A stretch of DNA of 63,998 nt, filler included, from Ionaspis alba (Eukaryota): the NCBI GenBank assembly GCA_964255285.1. It is 3 parts of 3 records of this genome, joined end to end, with 100 filler letters (N's around TTAATTAATTAA, not from the genome) between each part and the next. Parts side by side here need not be neighbours in the genome. Positions count along the whole stretch, not along the records: positions 46,715 to 63,998 come from CAXUUL010000323.1; 2 more parts are not named here. One strand, given 5' to 3'. Of this stretch, positions 48,794-59,900 are shown one piece after another. Numbering within the stretch: position 1 is the first letter of the stretch; each line of letters opens with the position of its first letter. A model generated the notes under the pieces. That model saw nothing but the letters and a program-made list of their open reading frames with translations. It did no database searches and was not told the origin of the DNA. The translations under genes were made by a program, and so were the position numbers.

Positions 48794-49937
48794 ATGAAGT
48801 CCTTCACTGTTGCCGCCGCGCTCTTCGCCGGCTTCACCATTGCCCAGGATTTGAGCGCCCTGAACAATCTCCCAGCTTGCGGTGTATGTCTTCCCTTCAC
48901 CCCACTGCCTCGAGCTCACTCGAAAGCGATTGAGGTTACACGAGAAATCTGCCACTGACATCAACACATAGAAAATCTGTATCACCAACATGCTTGGTCA
49001 AGCCGCCGCTCTCGGTTGCCCGTCTCAGACCGATGTCAACTGCCTGTGTAACAAGCAGAACTTCCGATACGGTGTTCGCGACTGTATCAATCAGGCTTGC
49101 CCTGCCAATGACGTCGCAACCGTCACCACATTCGGTAACAGCATTTGCGCCAGTAAGTTCTTCGCGTCAAGCTCAACCAATTGGTACTTGTAACAGGGAC
49201 TGACCCTTACCTCAGACGCTGGTAAAGCTTCCACCAGTGTCGCCACCGTCACTGCCACCGAGACCGTTGGCACAAGTACCGTTGTCGTGAGCACCGGAAC
49301 CGACTCCGCTGGTGCTACTTTCACCACCACTCTTGCCGGTGGAGCTGGCTCAGGCTCAAGCTCGGGCAGCAGCAGCGGAAACGGGACCGCCGCTCCAGTC
49401 CTCGTCACTATCACTTCCACTGACAGCGCCGGCTCGGCCATGACCACAACTGCTACCGTCTCTGGATCCGGAACCTCACCTCTTGGTGGCGGTGCTGTCT
49501 TTACTACCACTGACGCCTCGGGCATGACCACCATTGTTACCCAAACCGGTGGTACTGGTGGCAACTCCACTGCGACTGGCGCCGGTGCAGGAGGTGTCAT
49601 CGTCGTTACCACCAACGCGTCTGGTGTTACTATTACCACCACCGAGGCTACCGCCACCGTCCCAGCGACTGTCCTCACAACCACCAACTCTGCTGGTTCA
49701 GCGATCACCACTACCGAGGCCCCATCCGTAAGTCGCACCGTTAGCATATGATTAACTCATTTGCATTCGCTAATTCTCGCTCAGTCATCTGCCTCCGGCT
49801 CAGCATCGTCCGCCGCCGGCTCTTCAAGCTCAGCAGCCAAATCCTCAGCTCCTGCATCATCATCAGCTGCTGCTGCCCCACTCCTCACGGGATCCACAGT
49901 CGGTGGTCTCGCCGGTCTGCTCCTCGCTCTCTTGTAA
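48794..49937 (+). CDS. CFEM-domain, Ser/Thr-rich GPI-anchored cell-surface protein
   Basis: Signal peptide MKSFTVAAALFAGFTIA; 8-Cys CFEM (LPACG/KICI...GCPSQTDVNCLC...VRDCINQAC...SICA); Thr/Gly-rich stalk; hydrophobic C-terminus (VGGLAGLLLALL*). Three introns. Confidence 0.92.
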
Positions 49938-50171
49938 ATTCCTCCTCGCGCACTTTGATTGATCGCGTCAAACCGGCGAAAAAGAAAAAGAGGACAGGAG
50001 CTTGGATCGGATGACTTGCCTGGTGGCATTTGTTAATAACACGAGGGAGCTGGAGAAAGAAGCGGGCATAGCTTTCGCAGCGGGTTTACTTCTTTTCGCG
50101 CGCTGGATTGATGGTTGAGATACCCTTCCTTTCTTCCTAACAGCACCCTTACTTTTGTGCATAAACCGCTT

Positions 50172-50201
50172 TTCTTCTTCTTCTTCTTCCTACTACTACT
50201 A
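50172..50201 (+). repeat. Compound microsatellite (TTC)n(CTA)n in the CFEM gene 3' region
   Basis: ttcttcttcttcttcttcctactactact. Confidence 0.6.
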
Positions 50202-51530
50202 CTCTTCTGATTCATGTCGCTCATGCTCTTGTTGATGCCCGTAAAGGAAAGCAAATACCCATTGTTTCTGATTCGTTCCTTTGCCAATATGTGTACGCGA
50301 GGGGTGATGACGGTGGATGGATGTAATTCTGGGGATTGGGGTAGCTAGGGGGGCGGTAGAGTGGAGAGTGACAATCGAATGAGATACCTAACTGCTCTGT
50401 GCAACCTATGATTCCTGTGACTTGTTGCCAGAATATGATTATGAGCATTTGTAATTTCTACCTACGTGTCGGACAGAAACTTTTGCCTCTGTCAATGCTA
50501 CTCATGGTCGTCAAGTCGAACAACGACTGCTTTGACCTCGTACCTGTGTAAGGGGAGTGGCACACCGTTGACAATAAATTTGGCGCACGGGAAAGGATAT
50601 ATACCTTAAAATACGCGACGGTGAACAGTTTCGAGACCTCAAGGACAGCTGGATGTTCTGCTAAAGTTTCGAATAAATTAGGCACCTTAGTGAGCATATC
50701 CATTGAATAACTCATTGCGCGTGCCGATTTCTACATCAAAGCTGGCATACTTACGTTGCCCTGTCGCAGCCCCCTGGGTAGCTCTGGATTTGGCCCCCTG
50801 CTGTAGCAGTGAGACGACAGTCGGTAAGAATAAGGCCCGTTACAATGCATTTGACAGTCTACCAGATAGCATACGGGGCAATTAAAGTCAAACCTGGCAT
50901 TGATTATCCATGGCGCTGTGGCATAAGGCAACGCTTTTCAAAACATTAAAACAGAACCAATTCCCACCAGGCTATCACGAGCACTGCGGGCAATTCCTTC
51001 TCCCCGAACGTAGGATGATGAAACGTCTTTAAATTTCTTGCCAATTTTCACTATTTGCTTCTGAAGCTCTGAGGTGGTCCGCATGAACTCCTCTTCACAC
51101 ACCTGCAAGCCACTCTCTGGGTGGATTTCAACGAAAGCGTGCCGCCAGATGGCCTAGCCCACCGGATCTTTGACCTTCACGGTCACATGAAAGCCACCAG
51201 TGTCCTCCTCTTTCCTTCGTACTCCTCCTCTTCCTCCTCCGCTTTCTCCTCACTGCCTACAGGATCCTAGCGCCTTTTCTTTCCCCTCTTCCACCGCCTC
51301 CCCAATTCCCCATGTAGTGATGCAAGAAGGCACTCACCACCAGAGAGCATGCTTGAGAACCCCTTACTACCCAGCCCTCGTTCTCTGGAGGACGGGTTGC
51401 CTGATATTCAGGAGCGAATCGGTACCGCAAAACAGACTTACGTGATAAGCTATAGGTAGAATCACCAGCGCATAAGTCACCCAGACGTCGCCAAGCGCCC
51501 AGGTGGTCTGCCACGAACAAACTGCTGTCC

Positions 51531-54255
51531 TCAGGATATGTCGATGAAGTCATATTTGCTTCTCGCTGTTTTCACTAGTCGATGTTCCGGGACAAGGCAG
51601 TGAAGTCCTCTGTCAACGCAACCTGGACAGAGATCGTAATCGCCAGACTTGCAAAGGTTGCAGTGAAAATGGATTTCTGTTGTTACGTCACCACATTCAT
51701 CGCAATACACAGAATGGTCCAAGTCAATGTCTGAGCTGATGTATGGTATTAGTACCTGCTGGATCTCCATTGGGGTACAATCAGGCTGTGGTGTGGAGCA
51801 AAGTATGCGAGCCAGCTCGCTTGCTGAGACTCTGGACCGAGGATCTGGAAGGCGGCAATCTCTGATGATGTCGCAAAGGTAAGCAGGAACGTTATCATGG
51901 CATTTGGGGAGCTCCACTGGGTTTGCGTGAGTCGCTGTACAGGTAGAACGTGGCAAGTGCGTACAAGCGGATTTTGCGCAGAAATGGCCCATATTTTTGG
52001 GTATATGTTCCATGAGGAGCCATAATACCAAGCCCAACTGGAAGATGTCGGTTTGAAAGTTCAAATTAGTTCCTACAGCTGAGCCTGAGCGGTCGTTCTC
52101 ATGCGTGGTCCGTAATTCTGGAGGTGCCAGTCCCACGTAGTCTCGAAGATGTGCTTCAGAGCGTTGGAGCCGGTGGAACACAGCTGTTCCATCTGCTCTG
52201 ATACCCACAGAATTCAAATTAAATGTGCCTGCAACCAGTGCTTGACTGTGTATCTCAATGATAGCTTGGATCAGCTGTCGTGCCCAAAGTTCTCGGATCG
52301 ACCAGGGAATGGTCTCGGATCTGGAGTTCGCGAGTCCAAGGAGAAATTCCATGGATGTCAACATCGGCAGCTCTTGCAAATAACTTCGTAAGTGTTGTCT
52401 AGTATCGTCGAGGACAATACCTTTAAATCCCGACACATTCGCACAGCGACGCAGCGAGATTTGATGTTTGATCTCGTCAAGATAGTCTAGAAAGGCATCG
52501 TTACCCTGCCTCTTGCCACTGGCGAACAAAACTTTTCTCTCAACAAAAGCCTGAGAGTCAATGTAGACTTTGTAAGAGGTCGAGTTGATGCGTGAGTACG
52601 TAATGACATTGGATTCGATGTATCGTTTGCAACAAACGCTATCGAGATATTGCAAGAATTCCCTCTCATCTGACTTAGACATCTCTGATTCGTCTTCAAT
52701 CACCTCTACCCTTGATGACTCGGCAGTGATCTGGCCGCTTTCACCCACTTTTAAATCAAGAGATATTTGTGTTATTGATGAATAGAACTCGATGAAAGGT
52801 AACAGCGTTCGGAGAAGACTATGAACTGCCGGGGGAAGAGTTTTGGGAGCACCCCACAAATGATTATCAGAGGGTGCCACCTGTAAGGTGTCTATATGTT
52901 GACGTTCGCCATGGAATGCAGCAAACACAACAATTCTCTGCCAACGTCGAGCCGTTTCTGCATAATTGAGAAAATAGCGCAATTTCCGTTGATCATCCGT
53001 CGAGGGTAATGTGGCCACTGCGAATACCTCCTTACTGATAGACAGTTGTGGAACGTACTGCTCGGGGTAGAATGAAGGAAGTAATTCAAATCGATATTCA
53101 GGCGACCCGAAGAAGTTTACTTGAAGTTCATCGATTGACGAGCCGGAATCATGCGAGGAGAATCTGGAAACGCAATCGAAGAAAATCTCGATGACAGCTA
53201 AATCGCTCTCATCGAGACTATTCCGCCTGGAATCCAGGTCTTCGAATTTCGAGGTTCTCGTCTTGCCGCTTGGAGCTCCTGTCGTCGTTCTTTGCTTGAA
53301 TTCCTTGAATCGCGCTGTCGAAGACTTGAGTTGCTGTATCTGGATACCTGCTTTACCCAGGTCCTGATAAACTTGAGCAACTTTGCGGTGCAGCAAGCTA
53401 TCTGCTGACATGAGAGCAGATTGAGTGCATTGAACGATCGCCCTTAGAGAGTCCGTGATCTGGTTCATTGATGTATACGCAGCCTCTATGTTATCGACAG
53501 CCTTTCCCAGGTCCGAGTGATCACATAGTCTTGGAGTTGAGAGTTCCAATGGAGATGTCCCGCGTGTGACGTGAGCTAAAGGCGAGATAGCTATGTTGGN
53601 NNNNNNNNNNNNNNNNNNNNNNNNNNNNNNNNNNNNNNNNNNNNNNNNNNNNNNNNNNNNNNNNNNNNNNNNNNNNNNNNNNNNNNNNNNNNNNNNNNNT
53701 TGGGTCGGTTCTCTTCCGCAAGAGTCAGAACCCGCAAGCTGGTCATCCTGGCAGAGTCAGCCCGATGTTACAAATAAGCATAAGATTTTTTGCCTACATG
53801 GTTATGACATTCAAAGCAACACTAATCGTGTGCTTCTCGACTTCCAGAGTTTGTTGCAACCTGCTGATCTCATTCTTCGATATCAAGCTCCATTTTACGC
53901 TCACAATGCTTGATCGAATATGGTGAGACTCAAGGTACGAAGTGCGCAGCCTTTCCAGCTTCACACTGAGCTGACCCAGAATCGCTTTGCAATTATTGAG
54001 AGGTTTGGTCAAATTTGCCACTGTCTCCGTCAAGGTCTTGTTACTGCTGATAGTAGTTTGTACATCCTGATCTTTCATGACAAGGTCCAGAGAGAAAACT
54101 ACGTCGTGGAAAGCGTACACTTCCTTACAGATGGCTTTGATGTTGCCAGGCGCACCTCGAATATCGGCTACAAGGTCAAGCAATGCTTTTGACGACTGGA
54201 CTGCTTGCATAGTAAACGCAAGCACACCTAAAACGAGGCTGACAGGATCTGCCAT
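51531..54255 (-). CDS. HeLo-like N-terminal domain + coiled coil + pseudokinase + ZZ zinc finger (~856 aa)
   Basis: Exon 1 (54255-53798) MADPVSLVLGVLAF...IRGAPGNIKAICKEV...L..PLNNC...KW is the fungal STAND/HeLo-like N-terminus. Intron 53748-53797 has a GCTGAC branch and CAG acceptor. The frame is open on both sides of the N-gap into ORF 51531..53549. Kinase-fold motifs IPWSIRELWARQLIQAIIEIHS, APPEL and TDIFQLGLVLW; ZZ finger CDEC..FHCNLC..DYDLCPGC....H....H. Confidence 0.8.
53600..53699. other. Scaffold gap (100 N) inside the HeLo-like/pseudokinase gene
   Basis: The flanks share TTGG. Collapsing this 4-nt overlap gives an in-frame ...EENRPNIAISP... on the minus strand. Confidence 0.8.
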
Positions 54256-55480
54256 GATGACTTTCTCAGTGATGTGAGTGAATCAACTCGTTCGAATTCG
54301 CCAGAGGAGCTTCGATGGCTGTCTGTGAACCATTCCTCTGGTCATTACTCCGTGACATCGCTACCATCATTTCGATCAGTTTCGCTCGAAGTCAAAGAGT
54401 TGACGGTCAAGTTCAGAAGCCATAATCGAGAATTCTAGATGTCCAACAGGATTTGTAATTGGGTGGCAATCTCACGAGGCTATAGCGGGAAGGGACAAAG
54501 CAGGGCAGCCACTTAGCATCATTTGGAGCTCTAAGTCGATACCTCCTCCAGTGCAGCGACTAAGTAGTAGTAACGACCAATAGAATGTCCCTCCCTCTGA
54601 AGTGACCGAGCATCCAATACCGCGCACGCCGTTCCAGGTCCATGGTAAATCTGCCTTTCCTTCCTCGGTATCTGGCGGTCTTCCTGACCGGGACTTTTCT
54701 GCCGGCTGTAGCGCGCATTAATCCCACTAATCTAGCTTAGGGCAAGGCATACCTGTTCCGCTTTTCCCCAATTCCTTCATTCTCTTCACAACAACCATCG
54801 TTGCGCTGATCTTCAGCTGCAACGTCCAAAATGCTTCTCTATCATTAGCCTGACAGCTCTCAACAGCTCCAGGAAAAAGTTTTTCATGGCCTGTCAAGCG
54901 TATCTGCATGAAGATGTATCGACAGCCCAAGCGCCATTCGGCTGAGGTGGACTATTCGCTACGCTTCCCGTCGCCAACTACTCGTCCGTAACGATCCCCC
55001 TTCAACGATAGCTCTCGGCCGATATTGCTATCAAGCCCGGCCCTTGACAGCAGCAGCTAGGCTCCAAAACAGCGATGAGACTAACTCGTGACGTCTGCCA
55101 GGTAACGCGTGTTGGATCCGTGCTTAAACTGCGGCTGTGCCTGCTCTGTGTCGCGTGAGCTATCTAGAGGCTTGAGGCAGATCTATTTTCAAAGAGGAGA
55201 GCTCGGGGTAGGAGGACGCGTTGCTTAGGTCTGGATTTGCACTTGGAAGCAGCGTTCGCCCTGCTTTTCCTGATGGGGTTGAGACAGTGAGAGGGGGTTG
55301 CGAGACAATGAGTGTACCGATGTTGACCAGCCGTTCAGCCAATGATAGGAAGAAGAGGAGAGGCTCTTTGGGATAGAGGTGCCTGGATTGTACAAAAGAC
55401 GAGGCTTTCCTTCTTGATGAACGATTTCACTTTCTTGTTCCTGAGACTCTGTATAGAGAAGATCTCCATCGTTTGAGACG

Positions 55481-56836
55481 ATGACCCTCTCTCCATCTCG
55501 CTTCACTCTGCTCCAGCTTTCTTTCCTATCAGTGGTTCTACTCATCTCGCTCCTCTCTCCCGCTTCAGCGTTCACGCTCGATACCTGCCCCACCGCTCCC
55601 TCTTCTAACCTTCTCACAAACTCCTCCCTCATCCCGAACACAGACCTCTCCCTCTCGGAACTCTTATCCCTCCCTATTCATTCCCTCAATGGCACCACCT
55701 ATATTCGCCCCGACACCGGTGGTACTCTTCTCCCCTACATCTACACCGCCCTGATCTTCCTGGTCCATATCCCCGTCGTCGTTGTCCGCGTCGTCCGGTG
55801 GGAGAAAGTCCAGACATGGTGCCTTGCAGCAACGGTCCTTACGCTTGCTATTACCGTTCAGGGCTACATATCCACGGGGCTGGCGGCAGAGAAGATTTTG
55901 ACATGGACGCCGGTGTTGCTGGTCGTGGACGCGGGGAGTATGGCACAGATCGCGTTTCTGATTGTGGAGGACCATCATTTTTTCCGCCGATTCAGAGGAA
56001 CGGACAAGACACCAACAAGTGAAGCCGAGAAGGGTGGCCTGGTAGAAGAAGTTCCGCCATCCTTCGACGACGTTTACAACAGTAAGCTTCTACTCTCCCC
56101 TTCAACCCGTCAAACAGCACTGATCATCCCAGGCCCCACAAGATCGTCCGACTTTACGCACATCCTCGCCATCCCCTTCCCCTCCATCAATTCCCATCCT
56201 CCGTCCACCACCAACCTTCCCCTCCACAAAGACCCAATCCTCTACACCCTCCTCCTATCCAGCGCTCTCCTCCTCACAACCCTCTCCCTCCAACTCTTAG
56301 GCCTCACCCACGCCGTCTCTGGCTCTCGCGCCCCCACCCCACACGTCTCCTGGTGCAGCCCCGTTATGAACCCTTTTGGTCTTGCCGTTCTCACCTCCTC
56401 CTGCGAAGCCTACCCCATCCAGCAATCGTACGTCAAAGGCGTGGGCTGTATCTCGCTTCTAGGAGCTCGTCAGGAATCCTGGTTGCGCGCTACGGTGGGG
56501 ATTGTGAGTTTGAGCTTGGTGCTTGAGGCGGTCGATATTCTGGTGTTAGTTTTTGTGCATGGGAAGACGAGGTGGAGGGGTTTGAAGATGAGTAGGCCGT
56601 GGGGGAGTATGATTTTGGGACTTGTGGTTTTGGGGTACGTGTTGTTGGAGGGGGTTAGACAAGCGGGGAGTTTGCCCGAGGGGGTCGGAAGTGTCCTCTG
56701 GGTTGTGCTGGAGTTGGGGGATGTTGTTGTTTGGAAGGTTGTGGCGGGGGGATTGAGGGGGTCGATTATTGGGTGGTATGATGGGGTTTTTAGTGGGTGG
56801 GGACAGGGCTATTTTGGGCAGGCTACTCTGGCTTGA
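55481..56836 (+). CDS. Uncharacterised signal-peptide, multi-pass membrane protein
   Basis: Hydrophobic N-terminus ending ASA, about 6 hydrophobic segments, and Cys in the loops (SWCSP, SCEAY, GVGCI). Probable in-frame 51-nt intron at 56082-56132. Confidence 0.75.
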   Translation: MTLSPSRFTLLQLSFLSVVLLISLLSPASAFTLDTCPTAPSSNLLTNSSLIPNTDLSLSELLSLPIHSLNGTTYIRPDTGGTLLPYIYTALIFLVHIPVVVVRVVRWEKVQTWCLAATVLTLAITVQGYISTGLAAEKILTWTPVLLVVDAGSMAQIAFLIVEDHHFFRRFRGTDKTPTSEAEKGGLVEEVPPSFDDVYNSKLLLSPSTRQTALIIPGPTRSSDFTHILAIPFPSINSHPPSTTNLPLHKDPILYTLLLSSALLLTTLSLQLLGLTHAVSGSRAPTPHVSWCSPVMNPFGLAVLTSSCEAYPIQQSYVKGVGCISLLGARQESWLRATVGIVSLSLVLEAVDILVLVFVHGKTRWRGLKMSRPWGSMILGLVVLGYVLLEGVRQAGSLPEGVGSVLWVVLELGDVVVWKVVAGGLRGSIIGWYDGVFSGWGQGYFGQATLA

Positions 56837-57817
56837 GGGACGTGAGGTAGAGGCAAGGCGTTGGATGATCGTTATTGTGGGGTTGTGAAGTGGTACGGGG
56901 AATGAGTAAGGATGTCTATTTTGAGTGACATTTTTGACATATTTAACGCTGCTTAAAGGAATATCTGATGGCTAAAGTCGATGCTGATCGAATGTACCTA
57001 CCACTCCATTGTGCTGTATGTATGTATAGGTTGGTGACTCATGCTATTTACAGATCTACCATGCCAGAAGAGGACTTGTAGACACGCTAAGTAGATTGGA
57101 AAAGACAGAAGAGTGTTGAGATCGGGCTTATCTTTAAGGAAGTTGTGCTAGAGCTGCGAGAAATTCTGTTATGGCTCTTTGACAAGAACGACCTGTCCAA
57201 AAGCAGTGCCTTTTGGACTCTATTACAAGCCTACCGAAGCGTGGAACGAGATGACTCTCGGAATTTCTCGACAACACGATTTCGCTTAGCGTTCGAAGTG
57301 AACCTTGAGCCATTTGTTTTGCCAAGGTTTGTTGGCCATCTCAGTGTCAGCTTCACTGTCACATCATTACTCTCCTCTTGTCTCGTCACAAAACAGGGCA
57401 GCAGTGACTGATATTCCAACAAGTGAGAGTGAGGGTATTTGCTCTGTCTCTAGATAAGGAGCCGCCAAATAGGTGACTTTGAGTGTTGTTGCAAGAGCGT
57501 CACGCGTTTCGTGGTCAGATTCATCGAGAGGTCCAACATCAGATCTCTTGACGACAACTCTGTCCTCGTTCACGTTCGTTCCGCGGACCCACCGTACCGC
57601 TAAGATCCAGTGACAGGTTTTGGAATTTCTCAGAAGCAATTGCGGAAGAACTATTCAGTCGTGCTGGTACAGATCAGACGGCTCACTGAGTAGCGGTGCG
57701 ACCACGGATAACTCCAGCTTCGTTAAGCTCTGTCAGCTCCACCATTCAAACTGGTCTCTCAAGGTGCAAACCAATAGACATCGATAGTGTCTACAACGTA
57801 AAGACTGATAGTCGTCG

Positions 57818-59081
57818 ATGGCTATCCTTGAAGATGTGGAAGTATTTATCAAGTCAACAGCGACCGGAGAAAGGCTCGTCGAGTACGATAATCCGGATCC
57901 AGAAGATGAGGCCGGAAGCCTTCAGGTCGAGAAGTTCGTGGAGGCCCAGTCCGAGGCGGAATTTCAGGTTGTCGTGAACCTCAAGGCAGGTTTTGATTAT
58001 CATGGTGCAGATGGTGTACGAGTTCGTCTAGTTCTTGACGGTGGTGCAGTCCGTCGTCACTGGTACAAGTGTAAATCCGAGCTCGTCCCCATTAACGACA
58101 AGCTTCTCGAGGACAAGTCCTTCTCGTTTGCGACAGTGAGTAGCAAACGCGGAGAAGACTGGATCAGAGTTGCTTTTTCCTTTGGAAAGGTTGACGTTGG
58201 TGAATACTGAACATGACCCCATCGAAACTTATGGCTGAACGATCGTGTGTGCAGACGAGGACCTCCACCTGGACCACGAGAGTCTCAAGAAACAGCTCAA
58301 TGAGGTTGGCAGTATACTTGTTATAGTGGAACGAGTGATGTCCTAGCTGCTTGCAGAGCCACAAGCGTATGGACCTGCAAACTTACATCCAGTCGGACAG
58401 CTTGATAAAAAGCTGCTCTTGAAGAACGTCAGCCATACCATCAGGTATGTCTTGACCACCTATTCATTTGAACTTATAAGTTTCCTGAGATTGATCCAAG
58501 GGTTGGAACCGAGACAAAGATCTCGGCACCGAGACCCTCCACAACCAAAGAACGCCCAATAGGAGGAATCCATGGAGAACAATCACATTTTATTTTCCGC
58601 TACCGATCTCGCGGTAAGAGAAATATTGAACTGAACTCTGATGTGTTTGACCGTCACTAGTCGCACTGCAAAATATTGGCTGCATTTCCACTTCCCCCGA
58701 ACCAGTCACTCTCAGCGAGCGCCTACCACAGGAGCTATCCGATTGGCAGAAAGTGGAAGAGATCATTAGACTTCGTGTACTAATGCCAGCCTCCATGTAT
58801 TCATACTGAGATACTGATCTCGAGAAACGCAGGCAGCGAACGAAGCACAGCGAGAGGAGATCAAGCAGCTTACGCAGGCAAACCAGACTCTAGCACAGGA
58901 GGCAGACGAGGCCAAAGACATTAGGAAAAGGATGACCACTCTGCAGTCAGCATTAGCTGACCTGGGAACTGTCGCCACACCACCGTCCACAGCAAGGGTA
59001 AAGAGGGAGAGAAGTGACGAGGATAGTACGTCTGCTCCAGCTAAGAAGCAAGCCGGGCCAGCGTATGTCGTTCTGGATTGA
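57818..59081 (+). CDS. Conserved fungal hypothetical protein (DUF7918-like) with C-terminal coiled coil
   Basis: MAILEDVEVFI..GERLVEYD..KFVEAQSEAEFQV..LDG..FSFGKV, VGSILVIVER and FYFRYRSR/ALQNIGCI. About four GT-AG introns; ends ...YVVLD*. Confidence 0.65.
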
Positions 59082-59376
59082 TGGACAAGCATTGGGCAAA
59101 AGGAGCTCGCTACTTCACAAGAGAGCTTATAAGACCGAGAGGTTGAGGACACATGAAACCTGTGGATGTATTGTGATTGGCATGGACCAGCTGCAGATTT
59201 GCGAGAAAGCTCAGGTTGGTTTATGAGAGTCCTGCAACTGGATATTCATGGATGAGACGGATCAATGTTGGAACCTTTGAGAGTCCTGAGTATTTCCTAT
59301 GTCCTTTCCGATCATTGAGCTTCATGTTATCTGAATTGCCTTTTGTTGATCCGGAAACGAAGACCAGCCACGATCC

Positions 59377-59900
59377 TTATGTCACCGTAAAGTCGGCCTC
59401 CCTTCCCTGATCTTTTGCTCTGCCATCTCCTTGCTCATTACCCTCCTCGTCACTATCGTCCTTGAATCCGACCTCCAGTTCCCGACTTAGCCTCCTAGCT
59501 TCCCCCTCATTCGAGTTCCTGCGGCTCAACCGATCCTCGTCGAGACCAAAACCTTCTTCCAGTTCCTCGTCGCCGAACAGGGAGTCGCCACTACTTTGAC
59601 TATTCCGCCTCCACCTACTTCCACTGCTGAAGGATGACAGAGCGTCCAGCACTCGACTGCGTGTCCGGCTAATGAAGCTTTGTTGTTCTGTAGAGGTTGA
59701 AGATGAAGGTAACGATATTGGGATATAATTGCCGTACCGATTTCGGCGGCGATAGATAGGAAGGATGACGTAGACGGAGAGCAGGTAGATTCCCAAAGCG
59801 ATTAATGGAGGGATGAAGATGGTCTGATCGGAGTCAGTTGCTTCGTGTTACGCAGTCTTGGATCTGGGAATTTGACCTTCACAATGCTGGAGCCCGCCAT
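59377..59900 (-). CDS. Small single-pass membrane protein
   Basis: MAGSSIVK/TIFIPPLIALGIYLLSVYVILPIYRRR across one intron; cytoplasmic tail with RRLSRELEVGFKDDSDEE. Confidence 0.75.

Noticed and set aside
49091..49747. 218-aa Val-rich antisense ORF
   Set aside because: Shadow of the Thr-rich (ACC/ACT) CFEM stalk codons.
44350..54255. Apparent immune gene cluster (SesB-patatin, CFEM, HeLo-pseudokinase)
   Set aside because: An artificial contig spacer at 46615-46714 separates SesB-patatin from the others, so linkage is unsupported.
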